Of a stretch of DNA of 64,000 bases, positions 42,448-52,675 are shown piece after piece. The notes beneath the pieces were generated by a model that was given only the letters and a program-made list of their open reading frames with translations, searched no databases and had not been told where the DNA came from. A program made the translations under genes and the position numbers. The first letter of the stretch is position 1; every line of letters begins with the position of its first letter. The stretch lies in contig JAGMBO010000008.1 of assembly GCA_023129715.1 (NCBI GenBank), positions 58,340 through 122,339 of the forward strand. Direction: 5' to 3'. The stretch is from Candidatus Eiseniibacteriota bacterium (lineage in GTDB: Bacteria > Eisenbacteria > RBG-16-71-46 > CAIMUX01 > WJJG01).

Positions 42448-44853
42448 CTAGCTGCCGAGCCCCATGAACCGCAGCATGCCCGCGGACGCCTGGCGGCCGG
42501 CGCCCATGGCGAGAATGACCGTCGCACCGCCGGTGACGATGTCTCCGCCGGCGAAGACCCCGGGGATCGAGGTCATCTGGGTCTCCTCATCAACGGATAT
42601 ATAGCCCCACTTGTTCGTCTCGAGACCCGGCGTCGTCTGCGGGATCATCGGATTCGCCTGGTTGCCCAGGGCGTTGACCACCGTGTCGCATGGAATCACG
42701 AAGTTGGTCCCTTCCTTGGGAAGCGGACGCCGGCGCCCGGACGCATCCGGCTCGCCGAGCTTCATCTCGATGCACTCCATCCCGGTCGCCCAGCCACGCT
42801 CATCGCCAATGATCTTCACCGGCGCGGTCAACCAGTGGAACTTGATCCCTTCCTCGATGGCATGCTCGAGCTCCTCGATCCTGGCCGGCGCCTCGGCCCG
42901 GGAACGGCGATAGACGACGATGACCTCATCGGCCCCCATGCGCAGCGAGACGCGCGCGGAATCCATGGCCGTATTGCCCGCACCAATCACTGCAACCCGC
43001 TTGCCCGCCCCGACGGGCGTGTCGTACTGGGGATGGAGGTACCCCTTCATCAGGTTGCAACGGGTCAAGTACTCGTTGGCCGAGAAGACGCCGTTGAGCG
43101 CCTCGCCGGGAATCCGCAGGAAGCTCGGCGCTCCAGCACCGACCCCGATGAACACCGTATCGTAGCCCATCTCCTCCATGAGCTGCGGAATCGTGAAGGT
43201 CGTCCCGATGACAGCATTCGTGCGGATCTCGACCCCTAGCTTGCGCAGGCCGCTGATCTCGTAGTCGATGATGTCGGTCGGCAGACGGAAGTCGGGGATC
43301 CCGTAGCGCAGAACCCCGCCGGCATCGTGGAGGGCCTCGAAGATCGTCACCGCCACGCCCGCCTTGGCCAGATCGGCCGCACAGGTCAGCCCCGCCGGTC
43401 CCGAGCCGATGATTGCCACCTTCTTCCCCGTCGGCGTGATCTCGCGGATCTCGTCCCAATCCCGCCCCATGGCGGCATCAGCCACGAATCGCTCGAGCCG
43501 GCCGATGGCGACCGGCTGCATCTTCTTGCCGAGAACGCACTCGGCCTCGCACTGGACTTCCTGTGGGCAAACGCGTCCGCAGACCGCCGGCAGAGCGTTG
43601 GCGTCCTTCAGAATGCGATAGGACTCCCGCAGATTGCGGTTGGTCAGCGCCTTGATGAACGCCGGGATGTCGATCGACACCGGACAGCCGGCGACACAGC
43701 GCGGTTTGGGGCATTGGATGCAACGGGAGGCTTCGATGAGGGCGGCGTCGACATCGTAGCCGAGGGCGACCTCCTTGAAGCTGCGGGCGCGTTCGTGCGG
43801 ATCCCGCTCGGGCATCGGGGCCTTCTCGCAGGGGATCTCACTGATCTTCTTGCGCCCGGCGGCCTCGGTCTCTCGGGAGGCATCTTCCTGCAGCAGAGCC
43901 ATCAACTTGCGCGCCGCCGGACTCTGCGGTTGTGCGTCGAGCGCTTTCGCCGGCCGCGCCGCGGCTCCCGCCTCGCGCGACTGGAGCGACTGGCGCACGG
44001 CCAGGGTCGGATCCTCTCCCTGCGCCACCGCAAGGTTGTAGAGCTCAAGCGACTCGCTTTCCTCGCGCCGGTAGCGCACCTGGCGATGCATCAACTCCTC
44101 AAAGTCCACCTCGTGTCCGTCGAAATCGGGGCCGTCGACACAGGCAAACCTCATCTTGCCGCCGACGGTCACCCGGCAGGATCCGCACATCCCAGTGCCG
44201 TCGACCATGATCGAGTTGAGGCTGACGATCGTCGGGATCTCGAAAGGGCGCGTGACATCACAGCAGGCCTTCATCATCACCATCGGCCCGACGGCAATGC
44301 AGCGTTCGGGACGCGGATCGCTCTTTTCGAGGACCTCCTGTAGCAGGGCGGTGACAAAGCCCTTCGTGCCGTAGGAACCGTCATCGGTGGCCACATGGAG
44401 TTCATCGCTGAACTCGCGAAACCTCTCCTCCCAGAAGACGAGATCCTTGTTGCGGAAGCCGATGATCGAGATCGTGCGGTTGCCGGCCTGCTTGATCGCC
44501 CGCAGCTGGGGGTAGACGGGCGCCACGCCGAGCCCGCCGCCCACGAGCACGACCGTGCCGAAGCGCTCGACTTCGCTGGGCAGCCCCAACGGGCCGGCGA
44601 AGTCGAGGCAAGCGGAACCCTCCTCGATCTCCATCATCTGCTTGGTCGTCTTGCCGACGACCTGGACCACCAGGGTGATCGTGCCCCGCTCGCGATCGAA
44701 GTCGGCAATCGTCAGCGGGATGCGTTCGCCCTGCTCGTGCAGGCGCAAGATGATGAACTGCCCCGGCTGCGCCGCGCGGGCGACATCGGGGGCCTCGACC
44801 TCCCACAAGAACGACTGCGGCGAGACAACCTCGCGCCTCACGATGCGGTACAT
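42448..44853 (-). CDS. fused NfnA/NfnB-like oxidoreductase (PyrK-like FAD/NAD/2Fe-2S domain + GltD-like glutamate-synthase small-chain domain; sulfide dehydrogenase/NADH-dependent ferredoxin:NADP oxidoreductase family)
   Basis: Start at MYRIVRRE. N-terminal PyrK-like (GPLG, VGGGLGVAPV, C-terminal CGSCRV...C). Then CIQCPKPRCVAGCP / CGRVCPQEVQCEAEC Fe-S motifs. The GltD-like part has VAIIGSGPAGL...VAVIGAGNTAMD dinucleotide folds. Confidence 0.75.
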   Translation of the reverse strand: MYRIVRREVVSPQSFLWEVEAPDVARAAQPGQFIILRLHEQGERIPLTIADFDRERGTITLVVQVVGKTTKQMMEIEEGSACLDFAGPLGLPSEVERFGTVVLVGGGLGVAPVYPQLRAIKQAGNRTISIIGFRNKDLVFWEERFREFSDELHVATDDGSYGTKGFVTALLQEVLEKSDPRPERCIAVGPMVMMKACCDVTRPFEIPTIVSLNSIMVDGTGMCGSCRVTVGGKMRFACVDGPDFDGHEVDFEELMHRQVRYRREESESLELYNLAVAQGEDPTLAVRQSLQSREAGAAARPAKALDAQPQSPAARKLMALLQEDASRETEAAGRKKISEIPCEKAPMPERDPHERARSFKEVALGYDVDAALIEASRCIQCPKPRCVAGCPVSIDIPAFIKALTNRNLRESYRILKDANALPAVCGRVCPQEVQCEAECVLGKKMQPVAIGRLERFVADAAMGRDWDEIREITPTGKKVAIIGSGPAGLTCAADLAKAGVAVTIFEALHDAGGVLRYGIPDFRLPTDIIDYEISGLRKLGVEIRTNAVIGTTFTIPQLMEEMGYDTVFIGVGAGAPSFLRIPGEALNGVFSANEYLTRCNLMKGYLHPQYDTPVGAGKRVAVIGAGNTAMDSARVSLRMGADEVIVVYRRSRAEAPARIEELEHAIEEGIKFHWLTAPVKIIGDERGWATGMECIEMKLGEPDASGRRRPLPKEGTNFVIPCDTVVNALGNQANPMIPQTTPGLETNKWGYISVDEETQMTSIPGVFAGGDIVTGGATVILAMGAGRQASAGMLRFMGLGS

Positions 44854-44992
44854 CCCTGATCCCCTCCTCGGTAACAGCAAGCAGATCGGCGGATTATACC
44901 CGTCCGACCCCCGCGCGCAAAGCCGCTTGATGGCCTGATCCGGGACCGCCTGGTGGCGTAGGAGAGAGGTCGGCGAGACCTCGGCTGGGATC

Positions 44993-45021
44993 TTGAAAGC
45001 GATCGGATGCTGAGGTAGAAT
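44993..45021 (+). promoter_or_regulatory. candidate sigma70-type promoter (TTGAAA-17nt-TAGAAT) for the GreA-fusion gene
   Basis: TTGAAA at 44993-44998 and TAGAAT at 45016-45021 with a 17-nt spacer, ~65 nt upstream of ATG 45084. A GGGCCCCGGGCCC palindrome lies in the leader. Confidence 0.35.
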
Positions 45022-45083
45022 CGTTGGGTTATTGTCGCGGATTTTGACCTCGGGCCCCGGGCCCACCCTGCAATGGGGGACAC

Positions 45084-47813
45084 ATGGCGGACTGGAAGCA
45101 GCTACTGGAGGAAGTTCTGGGACCCGCGGACGCCTCGGCGTCCGTTCTGGATGCCGAGGCGCGCCAAGCCGCTGAGCGCATCCTGGCCGAGGCCTCCGCT
45201 TCGAACGAAACGGAGGCCTTACTGCATGAGCTGGACACCCACTACCCGGCCCGCGGCAACGGCGGGACCTTGATTCCCTCGCGAGCCTATCTGCGGGGGC
45301 GGTCCCTCCTCGAGCTCAACCGCGATGCGGAGGCGCTCGAGAGCCTGTTGCCCTCCTGTGAGAAGCTCGAGCAGCAGGGGAATTGGCCCGATCTGGCCGC
45401 AACGGCCGATGAGATCCTCCAGCAGACTGCCAGTGTCGAGGCCGCCCGCTACCTCGCTAAGGCCGCCGAGCAGGGGGGGGCGGAGGTGATCCCGGAAGGC
45501 AGCCTGACGCGCGCCCTCGAGCTCTTCCCCGACGAACACCGGCTCTGCTGGCTCGTGGCCGAGCAGCTCGAACGTGAAGGCGACTCGGAACGGGCCTTGG
45601 GCCTCTACACCGGTTGCCTGCCGGCGTTGATCGAAGGCAAGCGCCTCGACCGGGCCGAGGAGATCTTCGTGCGCCTCGAGGAGCACGAAGATACCGAGAC
45701 CGTCGAGATCATGCTCCACGCCTGCGTCAAGCTCACCAATCAGAAACAATGGAACTTGGCCGACACTTACCTCGAACCGCTGCTGCCCAAGATCAAGAAG
45801 GCGGGTCTGGCCCGAGAGGCCTGGGACTTCTTCCTGAAGCTCCTCCCGAAGGCGCCGCCCGAATCGAACCTGCGGCGTTTCATGATGGACATTGCCCCCG
45901 ACGCCTTGCCCGATGTCGATGGGGTTCTCGACTTGTTGGCCCGCAGCGGCATCCTCGACCCCAAGATCAAGGTCGAGACCGCCCGGAAGGCGCTCGACGA
46001 GCTGTTCGAGTTCGCCCCCGGGTACCGCGTCCTCCATCAGAGCTGGCTGGCCGGGCGTGTGCGCACCAACGAGGGCGACGCCCTGATCATCGACTTCGCC
46101 GGCCGCCCCGGACACCGCATGACGATCTCGCTGGCCCGCAGGGCACTGAAGGTGATCCCCGCCGACGATCTCCGGGTCCAGATGCTCGAGCATCCGGAGG
46201 AGGTCAAGGCGATGGTGCGCGAAAAGCCGGCCGAGGTGGCCTTCCTCGCGATTCGCGAGCTGGGCGGACGGGTCACGACCCAGGAGCTGCGCCGCCGGTT
46301 GACCGGCGACGTCATGCCGACCTCGCGCTGGAACACCTGGTGGAAGGATGCCCGCCGGGCGATGGAGGAGGACGAACGCTTCGATCTCTCCGGAAGCTTT
46401 CGCCAGACCTACGCGATCCGCGTGCGCAGTACCAAAGACGACGAGGACATGATCCTGCCGCGTCTCGACCGGCGCCGGGGCATCCGCGCCAATCTCAATC
46501 TCCTGCGTCGCTTCCTCGGTCAGCATCCGACCCACCATCAGCGCGCATTGCGTATGTACACGCCGGTGCTGACGCGCTGGCTGCGTGACGAGAAGACCAA
46601 CCCCGAGGCCGCCATGGCGATCTGCCTTCTGTTGCGCCGCTGGCAGCGCCTCGACGAGGAGGATCTGCGGCGCGGTCTCCGCGCGATCCTCACCGACGGC
46701 ATCGAGATCTCCGTGTTCGCCGACGAGAGCGACCAGCGCTTCATGGTCGAGCAGGCGCTGGAGATCGCCAAGCTCGGGCGCCCCGCGATCCTCTTCGCCC
46801 TCGGTTCGCGCTACGAGGCAATCCGCACCTTGGCCCTCGATCGCATCGCCGCCGATCCGGCCCGCTTCGAAGGCCTGCTCACCGAGATGCTCAATCACCC
46901 GGAGGAGCGGCCTCACACGGCGATGACGGTGATCGGGATGACGATCAGCGAAGAGCGGGAGAAACCCGCCTACCTGCCGTCTCCCTGGGTGGCGGCGGTG
47001 GCGCTCTGCCGGCTCGTCGAACGCACGGGGCGCGATATCCTCCGCAACCAGGCGATGCGCCTCTTCAAACCGACGTCTGCGTTGGCGCGGGCCCTGCAGA
47101 CCCATCCGGTCTCCGATGAGGCACGTGGCTCCCTCGAAGATGAGCTCAAGCGCTGGCGCGAATCGGAGCGCTTCCTCTTCCCGATTCTGAACTTCTTCCA
47201 CGAAATGGGACTCACCGAGATCACCGCCATGGTCCGCGAGGAACGCTCAGCGGCAACGAATCGCTTCCTGCGTACGTCGGATGGTCAAGGGGACAAGTAC
47301 ACCGGAATTTTCGTGACCCGCGCGACACGCGACCGCCTCGAGGAGGAGCGCGACCGTCTAGCCTGGGAACTGAAAAACACGATCGCCGACGCCATCCGCC
47401 ACGCGCGTGAACATGGCGATCTCTCCGAAAACGCCGAGTACGATGCAGCCAAGGACAAGCAGGCCAAGCACGCCCAGCGCATCGGCGCCATCAACGAGAT
47501 GCTGAGCAAGGCGACGATGATCGAGCACGTCACCGTCCCGCCCGGCGAGGTCGGCCCCGGCTCGCTGGTCACCGTGCGCTGGCAGGCGAGCGACGCCGAT
47601 GCCCAGGAAACGACCCAGAGCTTCTGGCTCCTCGGTGACGGCGACAGCCGATTCGGCCGTGATGTCGTCTCCTGCTCCGCCCCGATCGGTCAGGCGCTGT
47701 TGGGGCGCAAGGTGGGCGACCCGGTGGTCGTCGAGCTGCCGGATGGCACGCGGCGCGGCGAGATCGTCGCCACCGAGCAGCGACTCCCCTCCGCGGGAAC
47801 GACCGCTGGGTAG
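45084..47813 (+). CDS. large protein (909 aa) with C-terminal full-length GreA/GreB-type transcript-cleavage-factor domain and ~740-aa N-terminal helical extension of unknown function
   Basis: C-terminal ...REHGDLSENAEYDAAKDKQAKHAQRIGAI (Gre coiled-coil with acidic tip) followed by the FKBP-like SAPIGQALLGRKVGDPVVVELPDG. The N-terminal region is helical and TPR-like, with a possible wHTH (ELGGRVTTQELRRRL). Confidence 0.6.
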   Translation: MADWKQLLEEVLGPADASASVLDAEARQAAERILAEASASNETEALLHELDTHYPARGNGGTLIPSRAYLRGRSLLELNRDAEALESLLPSCEKLEQQGNWPDLAATADEILQQTASVEAARYLAKAAEQGGAEVIPEGSLTRALELFPDEHRLCWLVAEQLEREGDSERALGLYTGCLPALIEGKRLDRAEEIFVRLEEHEDTETVEIMLHACVKLTNQKQWNLADTYLEPLLPKIKKAGLAREAWDFFLKLLPKAPPESNLRRFMMDIAPDALPDVDGVLDLLARSGILDPKIKVETARKALDELFEFAPGYRVLHQSWLAGRVRTNEGDALIIDFAGRPGHRMTISLARRALKVIPADDLRVQMLEHPEEVKAMVREKPAEVAFLAIRELGGRVTTQELRRRLTGDVMPTSRWNTWWKDARRAMEEDERFDLSGSFRQTYAIRVRSTKDDEDMILPRLDRRRGIRANLNLLRRFLGQHPTHHQRALRMYTPVLTRWLRDEKTNPEAAMAICLLLRRWQRLDEEDLRRGLRAILTDGIEISVFADESDQRFMVEQALEIAKLGRPAILFALGSRYEAIRTLALDRIAADPARFEGLLTEMLNHPEERPHTAMTVIGMTISEEREKPAYLPSPWVAAVALCRLVERTGRDILRNQAMRLFKPTSALARALQTHPVSDEARGSLEDELKRWRESERFLFPILNFFHEMGLTEITAMVREERSAATNRFLRTSDGQGDKYTGIFVTRATRDRLEEERDRLAWELKNTIADAIRHAREHGDLSENAEYDAAKDKQAKHAQRIGAINEMLSKATMIEHVTVPPGEVGPGSLVTVRWQASDADAQETTQSFWLLGDGDSRFGRDVVSCSAPIGQALLGRKVGDPVVVELPDGTRRGEIVATEQRLPSAGTTAG

Positions 47814-47945
47814 CGGGATGGAATCATGCCCGGCAGGAAGTGATCATGCCCGGCGCGGGGCAGAGATGGCCGCCACGGGGCAAAGACGACCAGCGGAGTG
47901 CTGCCATGACCGGCGGGGTGCAGCCGTGACCGGCGCGGGGCAGAG

Positions 47946-48686
47946 ATGACCGGCGGGGTGCTCTTCGATTTCGATGGAACGCTGGTCGATACGTTTGACG
48001 ATATCGTCGAGGGCGTGCAACGCATGCGGGAGCAGTCGGGCGGCCCACGCTTGAGTACGGCTGCGATTCGCCGGCACGTCGGCTGGGGTGCGGGCAACCT
48101 GGTCGGCCAATGCCACCCCCGCCTCGACGACTTGCGCCCCGACCGGCTACCGCCTGATGGCGAGCCGCTGCCGCTCGACGCCGCCGAGATCGAATCCGCG
48201 TTGCAGTCCTTCCGCCAGTTCTATGACCAGATCTTCCTGGAGCACTCTCGCCCCTATGACGGGATCCCGGAGCTGCTGGGCGCCCTGGCGCGGGATGGGT
48301 TCGACCTGGCGGTCGTCAGTAACAAGCCCGAGCGTTTTGTGCGCCAGATGCTGGCGGGGCTCGGGTTGATCGATCCGCTGCGGGTCGTCTTGGGCGGCGA
48401 TTCCTTGCCGGTATGCAAGCCCGATCCCGAACCCCTGCGTGCCGCCGCCGCGCAGATGGGGTTGCCGGCCGAACGCTGTCTGATGGTCGGCGATGGGCCG
48501 CTCGACATCGCCGCCGCACAGGCCGCCGGCATCCCGGGCTGCGCCGTCAGCTGGGGACTGCTGCCCGAAGCGGAGCTGATCGCCTTGGGCCCCGCCTGTC
48601 TGGTCCACTCGGTCGCCGAGCTGGAAGCCTGGATCCGCAAGACCCTGCGCGCGATCGCCTACTCGCCGGCGCCCGCCGGGAAGTGA
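47946..48686 (+). CDS. HAD-superfamily hydrolase (phosphoglycolate phosphatase Gph-like)
   Basis: N-terminal LFDFDGTLVDT (DxDGT motif I), C-terminal MVGDGPLDIAAAQAAG (motif IV). 246 aa. Confidence 0.7.
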   Translation: MTGGVLFDFDGTLVDTFDDIVEGVQRMREQSGGPRLSTAAIRRHVGWGAGNLVGQCHPRLDDLRPDRLPPDGEPLPLDAAEIESALQSFRQFYDQIFLEHSRPYDGIPELLGALARDGFDLAVVSNKPERFVRQMLAGLGLIDPLRVVLGGDSLPVCKPDPEPLRAAAAQMGLPAERCLMVGDGPLDIAAAQAAGIPGCAVSWGLLPEAELIALGPACLVHSVAELEAWIRKTLRAIAYSPAPAGK

Positions 48687-50407
48687 TTCTCACCGCGCCG
48701 ACGGCCCCCAAGCGACCCGATCTCGAAACTGTAGGCCTCCTCGGCGTGGCCTTCCCCGAGAACGCGAAAGAGGGTGACCTTGGCGTTGACCTGGGCTCTG
48801 GCTTTGGGTCCAGCCCGGGCTTTGGCCTGGGCTCTGGTCTGGATTCTGGCCTGGGATTCAGTGTTGGCGTCGGCTTCGATTCTCCCCCCCTGCCCCAGCC
48901 CCGTACTCCGCCGCGCGGTTCGGACCTCGAGCACGGAGTAGAAAGTGTGATCGGATTCACTGGCGAAGAAAAGCGAGGGGTGACCATGGGGCTCAGGCGC
49001 AACCCGTCCGTCGGGCAGGAAGCACGCGGGTGGGAAGCCGGCTCCCATGTGACTCGATTCGAAGTAGTGTACGCCGCGGATGTGGTGATGATTGACGGCA
49101 TGGTTGTGCCCACCGATCACAAGATCGGCCCACTGCTCGAACAACGGCACGAGATGCGTCACCAAGTGATCGCCGGCATAGTCGATCGGATCCCCAAAGG
49201 GCGGGCGCGCGTTGTACCCTTGGGCGAAGGGCGGGTGATGCGCGAGGACGATCCGCAGCGGGCGGGCGCGCTCCGTGATCCATCGCCGGTCCGGCTCGCC
49301 GACTGATTCGGCCTCGATCTGCCCGCGCAACCACTCGTACTGCGGCGCCCCCGGCTGCACCGACGCGAAGGTGAAGCGGCCCGGAGGCTCGTAACAGGGG
49401 CCCGTGCGAGTATCGTGATCTCCCCTGACCCAGCGCCGGGCAGCAAAGAGCGAGATGACATCCACCGGCCCGATGCGTGTCCGGTACCAGCCGCGGACGC
49501 GCCCCGCCCTCTCCGGAGTCTCTGTCTTCTCTGGCGGACCCGTCTTCCCTGTCGAACCTGGCTTGTCTGTCGAACCCGGCCTGTCCATCGGACCCGTCTT
49601 CCCTGGCGCACGCGCCTCCGCCGGCGTGTTCCTCCTCCACGAAGCTCCCGAATCGTCCGGCAGGAACAACGCCGCAAAGGTCGCGATGGTCCAGTTCCCC
49701 GGCGTCACGCCGCGGAAGCGTTCCTCCGCCGTGACCGGAACGGACCCCCCAGCGGGACCGCTCGAAACCTCATGGTTCCCGGGGCAGGCGACGCAGGGCA
49801 GCGTCGAGATCAGGGGCCAGCCCGTCGGCGCCCGTGCCTCGCACGTCTTGGATTCGGGGAGGAAGAGATGCGCGACGGGGGCCCCCAGACTGTCGAAGAA
49901 GCCGCGACCCTGCGCGTCTCCCGCCCAGCTCTCCAGGCGATCGGGAATATGGGTCAGATCGCCGGCGAAGAGCAGCCCATTGAAGGCCCCGCCGGCGGCC
50001 TGACGGCGGATGGCCGTGAGGGTTCGGAGCACTCCGGGTTGGAGCTGGTGATCGGAGAGGAGCAGGAAGCGCCAGGTGCCAGGGTCCTCTTGCGGGCGCT
50101 GTAGCAGAATCCAGGGCGTACCGAGTTCTCCGCAGCGCACGCGATAGCGCAGCCGGCTACCGCCCTGCGCCCCCGGTCCGGCGGTGAGCGACATCGATGC
50201 GCTCGCCCGCCTGATTGCCGGCCCCAGGGGCGTCGAGCTCAACCTCATCGAGCAGCATCCGGCCCGTTCGGCAGATCCTTCGTCTTGCCAGAGGAGCACG
50301 GGTGCCTCCGGCGCAACGGCGGTCGAGCAGGAGACGAGCAAGCGGATCTCGCACTCCTCTGCGTGTGGCTGGATCACCCAAGGAACCGTGAGCGGCTCGA
50401 GCGCCAT
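48659..50407 (-). CDS. calcineurin-like metallophosphoesterase with internal tandem peptide repeats and low-complexity C-terminal tail
   Basis: GDLTH, GNHE and GHNHAVNHHH motifs. Internal DRPGSTDKPGSTGKTGP repeats are encoded by 18-nt tandem DNA repeats. The Ala/Lys/Gln-rich C-terminus overlaps a GS-repeat DNA segment. Confidence 0.55.
   Translation of the reverse strand: MALEPLTVPWVIQPHAEECEIRLLVSCSTAVAPEAPVLLWQDEGSAERAGCCSMRLSSTPLGPAIRRASASMSLTAGPGAQGGSRLRYRVRCGELGTPWILLQRPQEDPGTWRFLLLSDHQLQPGVLRTLTAIRRQAAGGAFNGLLFAGDLTHIPDRLESWAGDAQGRGFFDSLGAPVAHLFLPESKTCEARAPTGWPLISTLPCVACPGNHEVSSGPAGGSVPVTAEERFRGVTPGNWTIATFAALFLPDDSGASWRRNTPAEARAPGKTGPMDRPGSTDKPGSTGKTGPPEKTETPERAGRVRGWYRTRIGPVDVISLFAARRWVRGDHDTRTGPCYEPPGRFTFASVQPGAPQYEWLRGQIEAESVGEPDRRWITERARPLRIVLAHHPPFAQGYNARPPFGDPIDYAGDHLVTHLVPLFEQWADLVIGGHNHAVNHHHIRGVHYFESSHMGAGFPPACFLPDGRVAPEPHGHPSLFFASESDHTFYSVLEVRTARRSTGLGQGGRIEADANTESQARIQTRAQAKARAGPKARAQVNAKVTLFRVLGEGHAEEAYSFEIGSLGGRRRGENHFPAGAGE
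49535..49606. repeat. 18-nt tandem repeats (x4) inside the metallophosphoesterase gene
   Basis: ggacccgtcttccctgtc / gaacctggcttgtctgtc / gaacccggcctgtccatc / ggacccgtcttccctggc. Confidence 0.6.
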
Positions 50408-50608
50408 GGGTCCTCCCCTCCTTCACAACGGTACCCGTATCGTACGGGACACCATCGTGCAGACGAAAGCCCCTCGGCCGGACGCCCCTCGGCCGGACGG
50501 AACCCCGGCCGGACGGAGCGAACCGGGCCCGGGCCCGTCGGGAGCGACCACGGGCTCGCCCCGGCGTTGGCGCTTGCTGCCCGCCTGCCGGCGCGCTATA
50601 GCAGGATC

Positions 50609-51634
50609 ATGTTCTCTCGTGCTCTGATTCTCGGTGCGACCGGCATGATCGGCGCTCACGCCCTGCGCGCCTGTCTGCGCCGGGGCATCGCCGTGCGGGC
50701 GCTGATCCGCCCGCAGAGCGACCGCCGGCTCCTTGAAGGTCGTGATGTCGAGATTGCGCTCGGCGACCTGTTCGACCGGGGATCGCTGGAGCGCGCGCTG
50801 GCCGGATGCGACCTCGCCATCCACTGCGCCGCCGCCTACCCGACGCGCTACTTCGGCAAGCGGGCCTTCCTGACCCATGCCCGCACTGGCATGGCCAACG
50901 TGCTCGCGGCCGCTGCCGCGGCCACCGGCAACGCCGGCCCCGGTGACAGCGGGCTCCGCCGGCTGGTCTATGTCAGCAGCGCAACCACCATCGGCCGGCC
51001 TCCCGGCACCGAATCATCAGCCGCGCGGCCGGCGCGGGAGGACGATCTCCTGCGCGTACCCGATCAGTCCCCCTACTTCGCGGCGAAATCTCTGATGGAG
51101 GACCTGGCACGCGATGCCGCTGCCGAAGGGGTTCCGCTGGTCATCGTCAATCCGACCTTCTGCGTCGACGAGTATGACGATCATCGCACGACGGCCCAGC
51201 TGATGATCCCGCTCGCCAAGGGTCAGATCCCCGCCTACTTGCCGGGGACGCTCAACGCAGTTCCCACGCGCGACGTCGGAGAGGGGATCGTGCGGGCGGC
51301 AGAACGGGGACGGATCGGAGAGCGCTACATCCTGGGTGGGGAGAACCTAACCAGCCGCGAGTTCCTGGCACGCTGTGCGGAGACGGTGGGCGTCTCTCCC
51401 CCTCGGGTCGCGATGCCGATTCCGCTCGCCGAGGCGCTGAGCTGGATCACCGAGGCGTTCGCCCATCTGGGCGGCGGACGGCCCCTGTTCCCCATGGCGG
51501 GTATCCGTATGATGAAGTGGAGTCAGCCCTACGCCACCGATCGCGCCAGAGAAGAGCTCGGCTACACTCCGAGCTCGGTCACCGCGGCGATCGAGCGCGC
51601 CTATGCCTACTACCGGGCGCGGGGCTGGCTGTGA
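50609..51634 (+). CDS. NAD-dependent epimerase/dehydratase family (extended SDR) protein
   Basis: Start at MFSRALILGATGMIGAH (Rossmann GxxGxxG). The typical SDR-e layout continues (..CAAAYPTRY.. region). The upstream ORF extension is discounted. Confidence 0.65.
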   Translation: MFSRALILGATGMIGAHALRACLRRGIAVRALIRPQSDRRLLEGRDVEIALGDLFDRGSLERALAGCDLAIHCAAAYPTRYFGKRAFLTHARTGMANVLAAAAAATGNAGPGDSGLRRLVYVSSATTIGRPPGTESSAARPAREDDLLRVPDQSPYFAAKSLMEDLARDAAAEGVPLVIVNPTFCVDEYDDHRTTAQLMIPLAKGQIPAYLPGTLNAVPTRDVGEGIVRAAERGRIGERYILGGENLTSREFLARCAETVGVSPPRVAMPIPLAEALSWITEAFAHLGGGRPLFPMAGIRMMKWSQPYATDRAREELGYTPSSVTAAIERAYAYYRARGWL

Positions 51635-51727
51635 CGGCTGGTCATTCCGGCGGCGGGAGCGACGCCGCGGTCCGGCAGGATGCGCCAGCACCCCGCCGGA
51701 CCGCGGCCCACACGCCACAATGGGCTA

Positions 51728-52675
51728 TTACTCGCCGCCGCCGCAGATGACCAGCATGAAGGGCGCGTCGCTCACATCGGATGCGCCGCTCTCCAGGTCG
51801 GTCACCTGGATCGAGTATCCCGTGCTATCCAGACTGCAGCCAAAGATGTTCTCCCAGTCATACTCACCCCAATTGGGGGCGCCGGGAGTGATCTCTTGGC
51901 ATACCGTCCCGTACTGAAGCAGCTCGATCATCACCGTCGCACCAATCCCACCACAGGCGTCGCCGGCCCACTCCCAGGTAATGACATCCGAGCCACCGAG
52001 GCAGATCCTCTCGCCGCCGTTGGGATAGGTCACCGTGACTGCGCAGATGGGCGGCGTGAGCGTACATTCCTGTATGGTGTAGTGGAGGTAGGTGGCCCAG
52101 CTACTGCCGGGAAATCCGGGCCCTTCCGCCCAGGCGGTTTCCTCTTGGACGACGCCACTTCCCTCTTCCATGCGCTCGACGGCAGCGTGCACCGCGAGAA
52201 CGAGTGTGTCGCCCAGCAGATAGCCATAGTCAGCGATGCTGATCTCGTACGTGAAGGAGGTGACCGGGGGATCATGCTCGGTCGCCAAGTCGAAGTGCCC
52301 GACCTTGGGATTGCCTGAGCCTGTCTGGGGAAGGGTCTCAAGCGTCCGGGCCACAGCAGCGTGGGATTCCGTCAAGTACCACCCATTCGCCGTCACGATC
52401 TCGATGGATAGGTAGTCGGCGTCATTGGAGATCGTGACACTCCCCGCATCGATGTACTGCCCGGCCCACAGTGTCACCACCTTCGTGTCACCGCATGGAT
52501 TGAGCATTGAGATCGGCACAGCATCAGCCGGGGCCATGCTCCTGTCGGGAGCTACTGTTTCGGAGCAGCCGAGCACGCCTGCAATGACCGTGATCAGTGC
52601 AATGACGAGGGTTCTCGAGTTGTTCAACGTAATCCTCCTTCCGCTGTGAGGCAATCCGGACACACTGACCCGCAC
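51728..52675 (-). CDS. hypothetical secreted lipoprotein
   Basis: N-terminal ...LVIALITVIAGVLGCSETVAP (signal peptide plus lipobox). Cys-rich, no recognised domain. Confidence 0.4.
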   Translation of the reverse strand: MRVSVSGLPHSGRRITLNNSRTLVIALITVIAGVLGCSETVAPDRSMAPADAVPISMLNPCGDTKVVTLWAGQYIDAGSVTISNDADYLSIEIVTANGWYLTESHAAVARTLETLPQTGSGNPKVGHFDLATEHDPPVTSFTYEISIADYGYLLGDTLVLAVHAAVERMEEGSGVVQEETAWAEGPGFPGSSWATYLHYTIQECTLTPPICAVTVTYPNGGERICLGGSDVITWEWAGDACGGIGATVMIELLQYGTVCQEITPGAPNWGEYDWENIFGCSLDSTGYSIQVTDLESGASDVSDAPFMLVICGGGE

